Source of the DNA: Octopus sinensis
Taxonomy: Eukaryota
Assembly (NCBI RefSeq): GCF_006345805.1
Contig: NC_042998.1
Span: 191,208,001 to 191,272,000 of the forward strand
Reading direction: 5' to 3'
Length of the DNA stretch: 64,000 nt
In this document: positions 26,115-39,784 of the stretch, piece after piece
Layout of the letters: every line of letters starts with the position of its first letter
Position numbering within the stretch: the stretch's first letter is position 1
The notes under the pieces: model-generated
Told to the model about the DNA's origin: nothing
Seen by the model: the letters and a program-made list of their open reading frames with translations, nothing else
Database searches by the model: none
Position numbers and translations under genes: made by a program

Positions 26115-28051
26115 ATTGTTATATATGTATGTGCGTATGTATATCTACATACATATATCCTTTTAGTTTCTATCCCTTTTCTTTTTTACTTGCTTCGGTC
26201 ATTGGTCTACTGTCGCGTCCTTGAAGGGTTTAGTCGATTTTAATCATTTTATTTAAGTCTGTCATTGCTGAACGTCATTGTTACAAGATCCTGAACGAGC
26301 CAACGTCAGTTGTCAATCGGAGTGAGATAAGTCCAGAAATGCACACGCAAGCACACTCCATCTACCACACATCAACAAATATACTTACAAAATGTGGACC
26401 GTTTCGAGTCAGTAGTAGAAGATACTTGTCGTAGGTACCATAAAAGAATTAACGAAGCTAATTTTATCAATTAGGGAGAACAGAACACCATTAAGTCTTT
26501 GTATCCAATCTAAGGCTGGTGAGGGCGATGCTTTGGAAGTTCAGCTTGAATTTATGCAAACTGTTTTCTACTTAGGGAAAATGCAAATAACTTAAAACTG
26601 CAAAGCAAAGTGTTTTGTGCAGCATTTGAAGGGTGGAACACGGTTAGAACGAGCGCAAGACAAATCTGTAAAACAATGTGAAATGACTACAACCAGAAAT
26701 TAAAGCGAAATTGTGGTCTCGGCTGACAGGACGCTTGCTTCCACTGTATGAGGCTCACCAACCAATCACTGTCTGAAATGCTAATTGATCCATTAATCTA
26801 TAATTTAGATGGCAACTAGATGAACATTTAAAATGGTGAATGGAAAAATATCAAACGGAACTATCTTAACTTAGTTTATCAATAACAATTGATCAAAGAT
26901 TGATGAGCAAAGTGAACGTAAATGATAAATAATACGTACTTCGTCTAATTAGTTTACGAAGCTGAATTTTCCAGCTTATTTAATTAATAATGGGAAACTT
27001 TCGGCGTGTTAATTAAAACCTGAGCATGTTTTACGAAACCCTTTTTTCCTGAACTTAGTGTAAATATAACATAATATAGTTTACATTATGAGTACATAAT
27101 GACTTCTGAGTAATTATAAGTACTTAAGGGAAATTAATTCTATGAGACGTACAAGTTACTTTAATTGAATGGATAATATTTACTTAAACATGATTTAATG
27201 ATTAAGAAAGTACCGGAGTACCCAAGGAATCATTAATTCACGATGCTTGGAGTTAAACTAATTTGATCTATATCCTATCTTAATTTTCTGACGAACAAAG
27301 CACTATAGAAATCTGATGATGCACCACCTAATAAGTGTTACACCTAATAATTACCATAGAAACGACACGAAAGGCAGGAATCAACCGACTGTACGTGTGT
27401 GTGTGTGCGCGCGCACTCACACACACGCGCGCGCGCACAGACATACATTCCCACATAGAACCATAGCCGTTACAATTAGTACCATGTACCCTTTGGTCGC
27501 TACTTGTTTTCGGTATATCTCCCCATGTTGCAGGAAGGGGAATTACAACCGTGTTTCGTGGTCTGCTACCACAACAGCTCCTTTATAGGATCCAGTTCGC
27601 TCAAGACATCATCGGAAGGAATCACGTCCGGTTTCGGCCCCTATTCCTCTACCGTTTTGACGTGGCGGTGCCCCTTACTTTCGAAGGTGTCTTCAGCTCT
27701 GGTGTTGGGTGCATGTCTTCTTTCTTCTTCTTTCTTCTGTTCTCTGGCCTCTTCGATGTAGTGTCAAGAACATGATAAGAGTGAGTCGGTAGTACTTGAG
27801 TGGAGGAGGCAGGAGGCTGGCCAACTCCGACGAACATAGGCCATTATAGCAAGAGCGGTAAAAGCCGACAGAAAAGTCATCACGCTCGTGGGCCGGAGGC
27901 TACACTCTGTCACACATATTGCGAAAAATTTCTTATAAGTAATTTGAGTGGACTTTCGCTCTATGCTATCCAGAGTATCTGTGTGTGTGTGTGTGTGCAT
28001 GTATGCATATGCTAGCACATATATTGTGCATGTACGCATTTAAAACAATTA

Positions 28052-28468
28052 CCTATTTCTTTACTGCCCACAAGGGGCTAAACACAGAGAGGACAAACAG
28101 GACAGACAAACGGATTAAGTCTATTACATCGATCCCAGTGCGTAACTGGTACTTATTTAATCGACCTCGAAAGGATGAAAGGCAGAGTCGACCTCGGCGG
28201 AATTTGAACTCAGAACGTAGCAGCAGACGAAATACCTATTTCTTTACTACACACAAGCGGCTAAACACAGAGAGGACAAACAAGAACAGACAAACGGATT
28301 AAGTCTATTACATCGACCCCAGTGCATAACTGGTACTTATTTAATCGACCCCAAAAGATGAAAGGCAAAGTCGACCTCGGCGGAATTTGGACTCAGAACG
28401 TAGCAGCAGACGAAATACCGCTAAGCATTTCGCCTGGCGTGCTAACGATTCTGCCAGCTCGCCGCCTT
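28052..28468 (-). mobile_element. SINE group A: one head plus two tandem 183-bp bodies
   Basis: Bodies at 28052-28234 and 28235-28417 and a head at 28418-28468. The junction reads GACGAAATA|CCTATTTCTTTAC. Confidence 0.92.
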
Positions 28469-28966
28469 TAAAACATTTACGCCATACAGAGATAATGCTT
28501 TTGTACTTTATATTTAGTGATGCAAAATGTACAAAATATAATACAGCATTTCTTTTTTAAAAAAGGAAAACCCACAAAAGAAGGAAAATAAAGCAGCACA
28601 ACCCATTCATGCTGTGAAAAAGAAAATTCACAACAGTTATTTCATTTTTAATAGATTACTGGCTTTTTTTGTAGTCCTCCCAGAAGATGAAGTAACAGTC
28701 TTCGCTCAAAGTGCTCTCTCATTATTAATACATGTATAAGTCTACTAGGGTTCCATCTAACTAAAACGACAGCTTTGGCAATATAGAGAATGTCAGAGAC
28801 ATTTTCTAAAGTGTTCTCACCTGCATTAGCAAGCAATCCAAAGGCGTGTGAAGATTTTAAATATTGGAAAGCCTTCGCTTATTTTATTTCATTAACCTCA
28901 CATCCATTTTTGTAAATTAAAAGCGTTGTCATTGTTGCTGCTACTGTTGCTGTTGATGTTGCTGTT

Positions 28967-29325
28967 GAGCGAACGGTCTTCGTCCCAGAGCTCACAAGAT
29001 GGGAGAAGTCCGAAAGTGGTCCTTTGCTATTCGTAAGACGCGCAGAAGAGAAAGCAGGTCAACCCCCCACCGACATCGAGAGCATTGACGGATGGATGAA
29101 TGCGCATCCAGGCTCAGCGGTTGCGTAGGGAGACGGGGACAAGAAGCAGGAAGAAAGAGTGAGAGAAAGTTAGGGCGAAAGAGTACCACAGGGGTCACCA
29201 CCAACCCCTGCCGGAGCCTCGTGGAGCTTTTTTAGGTGTTTTCGCTCAATAAACACACACAACGCCCGCTCTGGGAATCGAAACTGCGATCCTCCGACCG
29301 CGAGTCCGCTGCCCTAACTACTGGG
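28967..29325 (-). mobile_element. SINE group C sister family (same head and core as 41133, different 3' half)
   Basis: 29145-29325 matches the head and core of 41133-41486 (GAGTGAGAGAAAGTT...CCGGAGCCTCGTGGAGC...CGACCGCGAGTCCGCT). The sequence beyond about 29140 is unrelated. The left boundary is approximate. Confidence 0.75.
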
Positions 29326-29543
29326 TGTTGCTACTGCTTTTGTTGATGTTGGTGCTTAGCCTTGTTGGCCCTATGGATTCAGGATAAAATGTGTTCCAGC
29401 CGTAATCGTTTCGTATTGACACAAAGTACATCGAACAGTCGATGTCCCTTCTAAAACTTAGCAACGAATTACCATATGCAAATATGCATACATACACGCA
29501 CGCAAGCGTGCACACACACTCAAGCGTGCACACACACGCGCTC

Positions 29544-29575
<32 letters not shown>

Positions 29576-29792
29576 TTATAGCTTTATATGTGTGTGTGAG
29601 TGTATGCCTCACCTTATGTGCGAGAATGCGTATGTATATATGTGTCTTGCTATCATAACTATAATCCCAGACATAGGCTCTGGGCGAATAACTGGGACTT
29701 TTGTCAATACACCACACATGTGTACACATATGCTCATATATACATACATACATACATATATCTATATATATATGTGGTGTGTGTGTGTGTGT

Positions 29793-29827
<35 letters not shown>

Positions 29828-29950
29828 GTGTGTGTAACATATATACCTATGTTTGAGTAGCCAATCTATGTCTCTAAATTTCTCTGAAATAAGCACGTGC
29901 ACCACATACACACACATACGTAAAACAGTGACAGAAACCGTGTTGACAGC

Positions 29951-29972
29951 AATAATAATAATAATAATAATA

Positions 29973-30011
<39 letters not shown>
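29951..30011. repeat. (AAT)n microsatellite
   Basis: Read directly. Confidence 0.95.
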
Positions 30012-30012
<1 letters not shown>

Positions 30013-30414
30013 TTTCCAGTAGAGTTTGTCAATAAGTGGCGTTCGCTTGAGGGGTGGAAGAGCCGCTGTTGAATGCGTTGAATTCAACACATTGGATTTG
30101 TTTCATATCTCACACAGCAACGAAAACTTCTTGACAACTTCACACAGCCATAAAGAACTTTGAACATGACATAAGTATAATTGTAGAGCTATAACAAGCA
30201 GTGAAGTGGAAGATGGACTTCCGTGTCGGAGATTTCACTGATTATTTGACAAACAGGTGAGAGAATAAGATCAAGATCGTCTAGCAGGTTGGAAAAATAT
30301 TTAGAAACAGTGAGTAATGGGTTGTCAGCTAAAATCAAGTCCACTTGCATATTCTGAACTGACGATATATTTACATCGAGGTGTGAACAAAGCAGCACGT
30401 GCAGAGACATGCAC

Positions 30415-30811
30415 ACACACATATATGCGCACGCGTGTGTGTGTATGTATGTATATCGGTGTGTATGTATGTATGTATGTATGTATGTATGTATGTATAT
30501 ATGTGTGTGTGTATGTATGTGTGTGTGTGCGTGTGTATATGTGTATATGTGCAAATATGCATATATATGTATATGTATGTATATCTATACACATATATAT
30601 ATACGCATATATATTGACATATACATATACATACATACATACTACATAATACATATAAATAACATATACACATATATATATATGTATATACATATATATA
30701 CACACAAACACACATATATATATATATATATGCATATATATGCTATACACGCAGACAACACCGCCATATATATATATATATACATATATATGTGTGTGTG
30801 TGTGTGTGTGT

Positions 30812-30843
<32 letters not shown>
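30415..30843. repeat. (TG)n/(TATG)n/(TA)n compound microsatellite
   Basis: Read directly. Confidence 0.95.
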
Positions 30844-30844
<1 letters not shown>

Positions 30845-30996
30845 ATGAAGATTGATAGCTGCAACGTATATGTTCAATATCTTTTGCGTCGTTTAATGTT
30901 GTGACGAGAAAACTGATTGTTGTTCAGCTCTCTGACACAATGCGGACGAATGACATTAACCATTCTGAAGATGTATAAACAAATGATATCGTTGAA

Positions 30997-31036
<40 letters not shown>

Positions 31037-31057
31037 GGTTTACGTTATATATTTATA

Positions 31058-31631
31058 CTGGCGGTATAACCCGGCTGCCGGGATTAATTAGGATTATTAA
31101 GCTAATCAAGTTCTTTATTCTAAACCAAACTTAATAACATCAAGGTTAAATTTGGACGAAATCCGTTGAAATTGGTTTCTATATTTATATATATATATAT
31201 ATATATATATGGGCAACACACGCACACACAGACACACTCACACACACACACAAACACACACATGCACACACGCACGTACACCTATTGCATACATGTTTTT
31301 TGTAGGCATACATGTTAGTGTTTGTGTGTGTGTGTGTTGCCCGTATATTAAGAAAGCACTTTTTTCTTCGATGGAAAAAAACCCAACAAAATTCTTAACA
31401 AACACTTACTCATCGCTAGAGTGAAAATTCGACATGAAAATTGTTAAAAGTTTTGGTTGAAAACTTATTTTTACTGCTATTCGTTGGTGCCTCTGGGGAA
31501 AATAAGTTGACAAAAATACAGCAATGATCATAACGAATGTCCTCCTAAAGTTGGAGCGACATTGCGTGCTAATTTGGGGACGTGCATAAATTACATTCAC
31601 GTAAGCCCAAACACACACACACACACACACG

Positions 31632-31678
<47 letters not shown>

Positions 31679-31699
31679 CCTGCCTTTTACATATACAGA
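31058..31699 (-). mobile_element. Probable non-autonomous Helitron
   Basis: The minus strand starts A|TCTGTATATGTAAAAGG and ends with the GC-rich hairpin CCCGGC-A-GCCGGG (31070-31082), then CCAG|T (one mismatch from CTAG). It sits between A and T, and no TSD is seen. Confidence 0.55.
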
Positions 31700-33299
31700 T
31701 TAACCTCAATTGTTTGCGCTAACGAAACTTGAAAATTAAGGAGCCAGACAATATGATGACATAAATTTTGTGTATGGAATTTTAATAATTCCCTTATCTA
31801 TAGAAACGTCAATATAAATAATAGATGAATGCTCTAAATATATAATATATATATAAATTGTATGTTCCACATTTTGTTTATATAAATGATCACTAAATAT
31901 TTAGTGATGGCAACAATAATTCTGATTATGGCATACTGGAATTATAAGCAATATGTTTTCCTCGAGGTTGTATTTTATTGTTTGTCAGCAGTAAGCAAAA
32001 CCAAGAATCTGTCTGTTTACTCGCAAGACATACTGATTTGAGCGACTGTAATAAAAGTCCAAAGACGTAGATAAGCAATGGCATTCACTTGTCGCGAGCC
32101 TGCAGGTGGGCGATGTTTAATGGTATTACTAGTTTTTTTTTTTTAACTTTATATGCACAAATGATGATTTCTTATATGTCTAAATAATATAAAAGGAAAA
32201 CACGCCATGTTTTCATTAAGCCGTTAGCATTCCTTTGCACAAAGTAATCTGAAAGCGCGTGGTTTCTATAAGGATATCTATTTTTTTTTCTTCTTCCCAA
32301 TTAAGGGAATATATAGTAAAAACGAATGAAGAACAGCTCAGAGATCTACACAATACTGAGCATATTATATATCCATGCTTACGCACATCATAAAAATCCA
32401 TATAGGCAATGAAAACATGCATAGTCAGAAAAAAAACAGCAATACATTTATATATACGCACAGAAATACACACCTGAAGCATATGAAGAAAATAATTTGG
32501 AAATACAGTGAGTGAAGACGACATTGACATTGTGTAGGGAATAAGGAAAATAATCTATAATGATCGCATTTATCATAGCTCTTTATGTCCCCACGTACTG
32601 GTTTCTAACAGTAAACATGCCAGTGATTCAAGAGTGGAAAACGATATGAGATTGTGCCGTCTTCATTTCCTTCACCACTGAATTTGTTGGCACAAACATG
32701 TTGTAGCTATAAGTGGAAATTGTAGTCGATAGCAGAACGGACAGCACTGTTCAAGATAAGAGAAACACGAACTTGAGATTATTGTTTACTCTTAGAATGT
32801 AAAGACGCATTTATTGAGAGAAGAAAATACTTTACGTTGTTCGGGGGCAGCCATAAACTTCCTCTAGATACAGTATGTGTTTATAGAATGGAAACTCAAC
32901 ATACACTTTCCACAAAACCCTGAGATCAGAGCAGGTGTTCAAAAGATCTTAAGCATAGGAAAAGTTTAAAGGAGTTACGTATATATATATATATATATAT
33001 ATACATTATATGTAGCATATAATGTAACCAAGTAGAAAGGAAATATATTTACACATAGTCTACATCCAAACAATATATTCTCAAGATTTATTCTAATACA
33101 TATATTCCAGGTATGGAAACAACAAAATGCATTACAATTAGATGGAAATGATTCTTCTTACGAACCCACTTCTTGGAGGATCAATTGCTTATATAAATGC
33201 TTTTGATCATAGCAAATACACTTTCTTTTGATTTAACTTTTTAACGTTCTGTTAAACAAAAACAACTGTAGGTATGTGAACAGGATACTTTCTATGCAT

Positions 33300-33304
33300 G
33301 CATA

Positions 33305-33342
<38 letters not shown>

Positions 33343-33474
33343 TACATGTGCATGTATATATACATACACATATATATACATACACCTATATATATATATA
33401 CATATATATATACATATATATATATGTATATTTATATATAAACATATATATATATATATATATACATACATATA

Positions 33475-33550
<76 letters not shown>

Positions 33551-33736
33551 TACTTTGATACTTTGATGTATACGTGGGGTTGTATTGTTCGAAGATGGTT
33601 AACTGGTCGAAAACTTCGAAGGTCACCGTATATATATTTTTGCTTTAGAGTACTATAGTATATATAATATATATATAATATATATATAATATATATTATA
33701 TATATATATATTATTTATATATACAATATATATATA

Positions 33737-33774
<38 letters not shown>

Positions 33775-33803
33775 ATATATATACATATAAATATATATAT
33801 ATG

Positions 33804-33836
<33 letters not shown>

Positions 33837-33838
33837 CT

Positions 33839-33875
<37 letters not shown>
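33300..33875. repeat. Two (TA)n-rich microsatellite blocks with (GA)n
   Basis: Read directly. Confidence 0.9.
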
Positions 33876-34550
33876 GGAGAGAGTGAAAGGAGAAAGAGAG
33901 AGTCAGACGGAGGAGACGGAGAAGAGAATCCGTGTCATATAACAGTAGCGTGGTATTGTTCTGAATCGATATTTCTCGTTCCTAACTCTGTGTGTAATAC
34001 TTCACTATCGTTACCTGGTCGTTAGGAGTCATTTTGCACATAAATGTTGGAATCAGCAGCAAAAGCTATTCTTAATTAACAAGAGAGATACAAAATGAAT
34101 GTTTCTTATATCATCATATTATGAAACGTCAAGCAAAAGATTTTTGCTTCCTACAGTGTATCTTCTCATTAATCAATTTGTTGTACTATACTATGTGTAT
34201 TCTGCATCCCTTCCAGGCTATATAATCCAAGTTAGCACGTAACCAACCGAACAGAAAGCAACCGGTGCCAATACAGACGTTGTGTTTCCTTTAGAACAAT
34301 TCTTAATTGTATTATAACCAATTTAGACAGAGAAACGCTATTTTATTTTCGCTAAAATCTAATTAATTTTCTATTTCTTTCAGTCTTCTGTTAAAGTTTA
34401 ATGATTTTTCAATTTTCTATTTATTATTGTTGCATCTTTATTCTCCTAGTTTAACCAGCTTCTTTCTTCTCTATTTCAAACATTTGTTTTGATTTTCGAT
34501 TTGTAGAATTGGAACAAAGAACATTCTCTCGTTGAATTTTCTATGTAATG

Positions 34551-34690
34551 ATGTAGCTAAGGGATCGTTCATTGAAGATTGTATGCAAAGATGTTAAGGG
34601 ATCGTTCATTTGAGTTGTATATAATTATGTTGTTAAGAGATCTTTCATTAAAGATTTTCTATAAGTATGTTGCTAAGGGATCTCTCATTG
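34551..34690. repeat. Degenerate minisatellite, four units of 37-40 bp
   Basis: The core TAAG(G/A)GATC(G/T)TTCATT recurs at 34558, 34595, 34634 and 34674. Confidence 0.75.
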
Positions 34691-37600
34691 GAAACAAAAC
34701 GTTCAGACTAGAGAGTAAGTGGAAGTGAAGATAGTATTAGTGAACTTTACCTTTGCATCACTTATTCTATCTTCCAGAGTTCTTTCCTTAGAAAAAAATA
34801 GTTACACTTACTTCCATATTCAAAAGTCAATTGTCTCAACAGTTGACAAAAATATCCCATGATGGCGACAATGATACACGGACACTATTAAACCCACCAC
34901 CGCAACCATTGCCTCTACAGCCACCTTAACTACGACCAAAAACACCACCACCTAACACCACAACCACCATCACTGCCACCGCCATCACCACCACCAACAT
35001 CACTAACACCACTACCAATACATTTAGCATTAGAATCTTGCGCAGCAAACAATGAGAAATTTATTTAATCGCTCGATCAACTGGAAATAGTAGTAAAACC
35101 TTTCAAATCATACTTTTTTTTATTTTAGAAAAAGAGCATTTGGACACCATATATACAAAATGACTGATTGTAATGTAAATTATTTCCTTTAGAACTGTCC
35201 TGGAGGGAAAGAGGAAAACAACCGCAAATTTGCCTAACTTCTGTAAATATGCACCAGAGATCACGATTAATTTACCTATGAAGGGTATGTGTCCTATTCG
35301 ATCAGCCCAACATAACCCGGAGCTAAAGATCCGGGTGAGACTGATATATGTTTAAGGATTAACTTTAATTGTTAATTATGCCCATCGCTTCTGAATAAGA
35401 ACGAAACTCGCTTTATAATTTGTTTCCCCTTACTAAGATATTTTATGTTTATAAAATAAATTATATTGTTCTTGCTACGTTTTACTTTTTCCGGTATGAC
35501 TTTTATGTTATCAATCAAGCGTGATAAGATTTCTTTCGAGCTGTCATTCGGACATTTTTTCATCGTTGTCTTTGTTATCGAAATTCTGGATTCGTGCCAG
35601 CACTAAAGATTGTCTTGAAATTCATAACTTGAAACAGAAATTGATAAATTATTTGTAATAGAGACACAACGAAAATGGTTTTAAAACTAATAAAAATCGT
35701 ACACGAAATGAAAAAAATTAAATAAAACGGATATAAACAATGAAGTAATCATCGAATCGATTTTAATTATAAAAAAAGGAGGAAAAGGTTAAATAAGATA
35801 AATAAATATAAATGCACAGTGAAACTAAAGACAAATAATAAAGAAAAACAAATTTAATCAACGTAGAGTAAGCACAATAAGTACAGCAAATTTTCTGCAA
35901 AAAGTTTAAATGTGAATCGAGAAAAAATTAAGAAAATTCAAGAAGTAGACCTAAATAGATTGAGTAATCTAGAAAAATAGATTGCACAAAATTAAAATTA
36001 ATTATTACTGTTTTTGCTTCTGAATACAGGGTCACATTTGTTGTGTAAGTCCTTGTTTGCTCTTTGAAAGGAAAGGGGATGTTTTCCAGAAGTGATAGAT
36101 ACATGTGGAGACTATATAATCTGAAACGTTCGCGACACGCTCATATTTGGTAGGTATATTTATGATAGGAATGTAGGTTATGTGCCACCTGTATGGTTGA
36201 TCTGAGAATTGCAAAAAATGCATATGAAGTGTCATACAATCCCTGAAAATTTAATCACGGCCACCTGTGAAGTTTTTCTCTTTTTTTCGTTTCAAGACGG
36301 AAGAAAACGTTGCCAAGAGATTTAATATTTTGCAACTGTAAAATGGAATGAATTTTTAAAGAATATCTGATATAATTCATAATATAAGATATATGGCAAT
36401 TCTTCTTTTGTCAAACCTAGAGCACAATGAAAGAAAAGATGTATTTAAAGTAGTTTCTTCGGAAAAGAAGGTATTTAGAATTTGTTAGCCGCCAACCTGA
36501 AGGAACTCTTGTAAGCTGGATTATAAATCTGAATGTTAATATCAGATGTAAAGGACATCCATGTTGTGATTCATAGGTAAGGAGCTCTCAAATTCATTCA
36601 CGGTGATGTTAAAGTACAATGTCTTCATGGCACAAGGATACTGCATTTTTGTACGAAGAATTAAATCCTGAAGGATGGGCATACTTGTTTCAGTTAGATT
36701 TCTTTCAGAAGATAATGTACTGGCTCAAGTTGCATTGAAGAAGGATGAACACTGAAAGAATTCTGGTCGAGATATCGAAGGAGACATCAATCAAATTTGC
36801 ACATGACATTTCTGATAACAAACGGAAGGCAAAACGAGCAGAACGTAATGACATTTCCATACGACTCAGTGCAGTCAACAAGGCATATCAAGGCAATGTA
36901 ACTACTGTTGACAAAATATATTAAACTTCTTCTGAATGAAATTTGAAATTTGAAATTTGTGGAACGAAAAACTGAAAGTAAGTCGTTATAACATTTTTGA
37001 GAAAAAGAGCATTGCACGTTTGGAATCAGAAGGCATTAATTTTCATCCGCATTTTAGCTACGAGGAATTTTGTTTACGTGGCCAATCACATTCTGTGTTT
37101 TCTGTTATGAGCCGATTATCAACTCACACGAAATCCTGTAGGAATTAACCCCTCAAATTTCCTGACAATCTGCAAGATGAATTTGTGGACTTTATAATAA
37201 CTCCACGGTGAAGGACCTGCTTGAGACCACTACCCTATAAATATTTCAGGTCTTCTAAGGCGTAGTGTTACTCAATTGCATCTTAAATAGTAGTGAGTCT
37301 TTTGCAGTTCCCACCCACCAATTATTGTGAACAAGTTTGGTCAGCAATATGTATAACCAAAAACAAATTCCAAGCAAATCAATCAATTAAGAATAGTTTT
37401 TTCTCTGAATCTACCTTAGAATTTTACTCGATGGCAAATGTTCAGTTTCTAATCTCATTACAATTATAACACTAAACTAATAATACACAACGCCAAGAAT
37501 TAGCAGAGTCTAAGACAAAATACCCCGCATCAAAGTGCTTATCGCCGCTTATCCTTGTCATTAAAATATTATATCATCATGGCAATGAGCTGAGGCAAAT

Positions 37601-38587
37601 GTCAGAGCATCAAACCAGATAGTTCTGAGTTCTTGGATGGTAGACTTTATCCAACGTCCTGTTTAACTCTAACCCCTGGCCTTGGGACACCTTAGGTGTA
37701 GTCTACTTTGTTGATAATATTTGGCCTAGTTCCCAGTTTGAAGATATATTCTTCCCTTCCTCCCATAAGATTCAGATCCTGAAAATAGGGACATAGGAGC
37801 GTCCGTTCCCTTCCTGACTACACAGTACAGGTACACGTTAGTTTTGTTATGAAATGTAAATAATTTCGCTAACTTTGGAACAGCTTGATGAAGATAGAAA
37901 AAGAAAAAAAAACGTTCAGTAACATTTCACCAAAAACAAGTTACACACTTTCTATCCCCGAAGAAAATATTAGCGTCTACATATTAATAACATGCACACT
38001 CGACCAGAAGTAAGGTGGTCTGCCTGATTTGCATCAGTGAAAACGTTGGTAGCACGGCTTAAATAATTATCAGAATCATTAGTCGGTGTTCTTGCGGTAA
38101 GTAGAAATGTAAGTTAAACATGTCCTTTTAGGAAACCCAGTTTTGCATTGCATGGGAAAGGAAATACCATGGTTAATCCAGACGTTTTCCTCTCCGACGT
38201 CCGAAAATGATTAATGTATCTAGTTTAGACCTCTATTGATATATCCATCAAATAGCAGTAAGTTATTATCTAACTAAAGTGAATTATCACTTATATCAAT
38301 TTGCAGTATGCGTAAGGCAGGTTCAGAACAAATTGCATGTACTATAAGCTTATATTCCCTTTATGGACAGGAAATGAGAAATGAGAACTGCTGATTTATA
38401 AATAAACAACAATAGTTGTTAGATCGATCTCATTTTCTTGACAGTGCCAGAAAAATCTTCGGACTAACAAGGATGATTACTTTCCTCCAGGATTCTAAAC
38501 AATAGCTTAGCTAGAGATACACGTTTTTACTGTTTACTTTACATCTCTGCATGCACAAACGCATACATAAACACATACACACATTTT

Positions 38588-38986
38588 GAGTGTGGCTGTG
38601 TGGTAAGTAGCTTGTTTACCAACCAGATGGTTCCGGATTCAGTCCCACTGCGTGGCACCTTGGGCAAGTGTCTTCTACTATAGCCTCGGGCCGACTAAAG
38701 CCTTGTGAGTGGATTTGGTAGACGGAAACTGAAAGAAGCTCGTCGTATATATGTACATATATATATGCGTGCGTGTGTTTGTGTTTGTCCCCCTAGCATT
38801 GCTTGACAACCGATGCTGGTGTGTTTATGTCCCCGTTACTTAGCAGTTCGGCAAAAGAGACCGATAGAATAAGTACTGGGCTTACAAAAGAATAAGTCCC
38901 GGGGTCGAGTTGCTCGATTAAAAGGCGGTGCTCCAGCATGGCCGCAGTCAAATGACTGAAACAAGTAAAAGAGTAAAAGAGTAAAA
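38588..38986 (+). mobile_element. SINE group B, near full length
   Basis: tRNA-like head GTGGCTGTGTGGTAAG...GGATTCAGTCCC, central CACCTTGGGCAAGTGTCTTCTAC, an internal (TA)/(TG) tract and a (GTAAAAGA)n tail. Confidence 0.92.
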
Positions 38987-39722
38987 TAGCATATGTTTAT
39001 TATGTTATGCATTTTTATAAAAATATATTCTGAATAATAGTCACACAATTGAGTCATATGTCAAAAAATATTTTGTTAACCTACGCTCTAACAAATAGAA
39101 GAATTAAAAAAGTAGTTTCACCCATTAAGACCTTCAACAAAAATATCTCCTATTTCTAAGAATTAATAAAAGCATAAAAAAAAAAGATAGCGGAGAATTT
39201 ACACGGATTCTCTTGAATCATATGAATCATATCTGAGTTGATAAAATTCTCAGTCACTTAAAATCATCGCAAGCTTGTGCATAAGTGCCTTTTCAAGAAA
39301 CACCTCAAGTGACCTTCAAACAAATCAATCCAAGTGATATTGTATTAAACGTCTTCAGCTAATAAAAGAGTATTAATAGAAGAAATAGAAAATTTTAATG
39401 ATGAACAATATCAAAATAATCCTTGAAATGGAGAGTCTAGTAGAGCTTCACGAGGAATGCTATTCTTAAAGAACCTACTTAAAAATAATAAAAATACTGG
39501 CTTTTGAGAACGATATAGAAGTATGAGTATATACATCAATACATGTTCGTATACGTACATATATAGTTTTCGTTAGGTGTATGTATGCTTAATAGTAATT
39601 CTGTAATGAATAATAAACTTGTATGCATCTGAATATGTATTCCCGTATGTACAATATCACATACAAGATATCTTTCTCAACTTTCTGTTGCACACTTTCT
39701 ATGCACACTTATACATACATAT

Positions 39723-39784
<62 letters not shown>

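Noticed and set aside
33589-33625. GAAGATGGTTAACTGGTCGAAA as a hammerhead relic
   Set aside because: The first box is incomplete and half of helix II is missing, so it is too degraded to support.
34551-34690. CRISPR-like repeat-spacer array
   Set aside because: The 'spacers' resemble one another, the repeats are degenerate, the context is eukaryotic and there are no cas genes.
38930-38975. SINE-B tail CAGTC-AAAT-GACTGAAACAAGTA as a hammerhead
   Set aside because: It has a stem followed by GAAA and GUA, but no CUGANGA upstream in any copy. It is better explained as a LINE-type 3' stem-loop.
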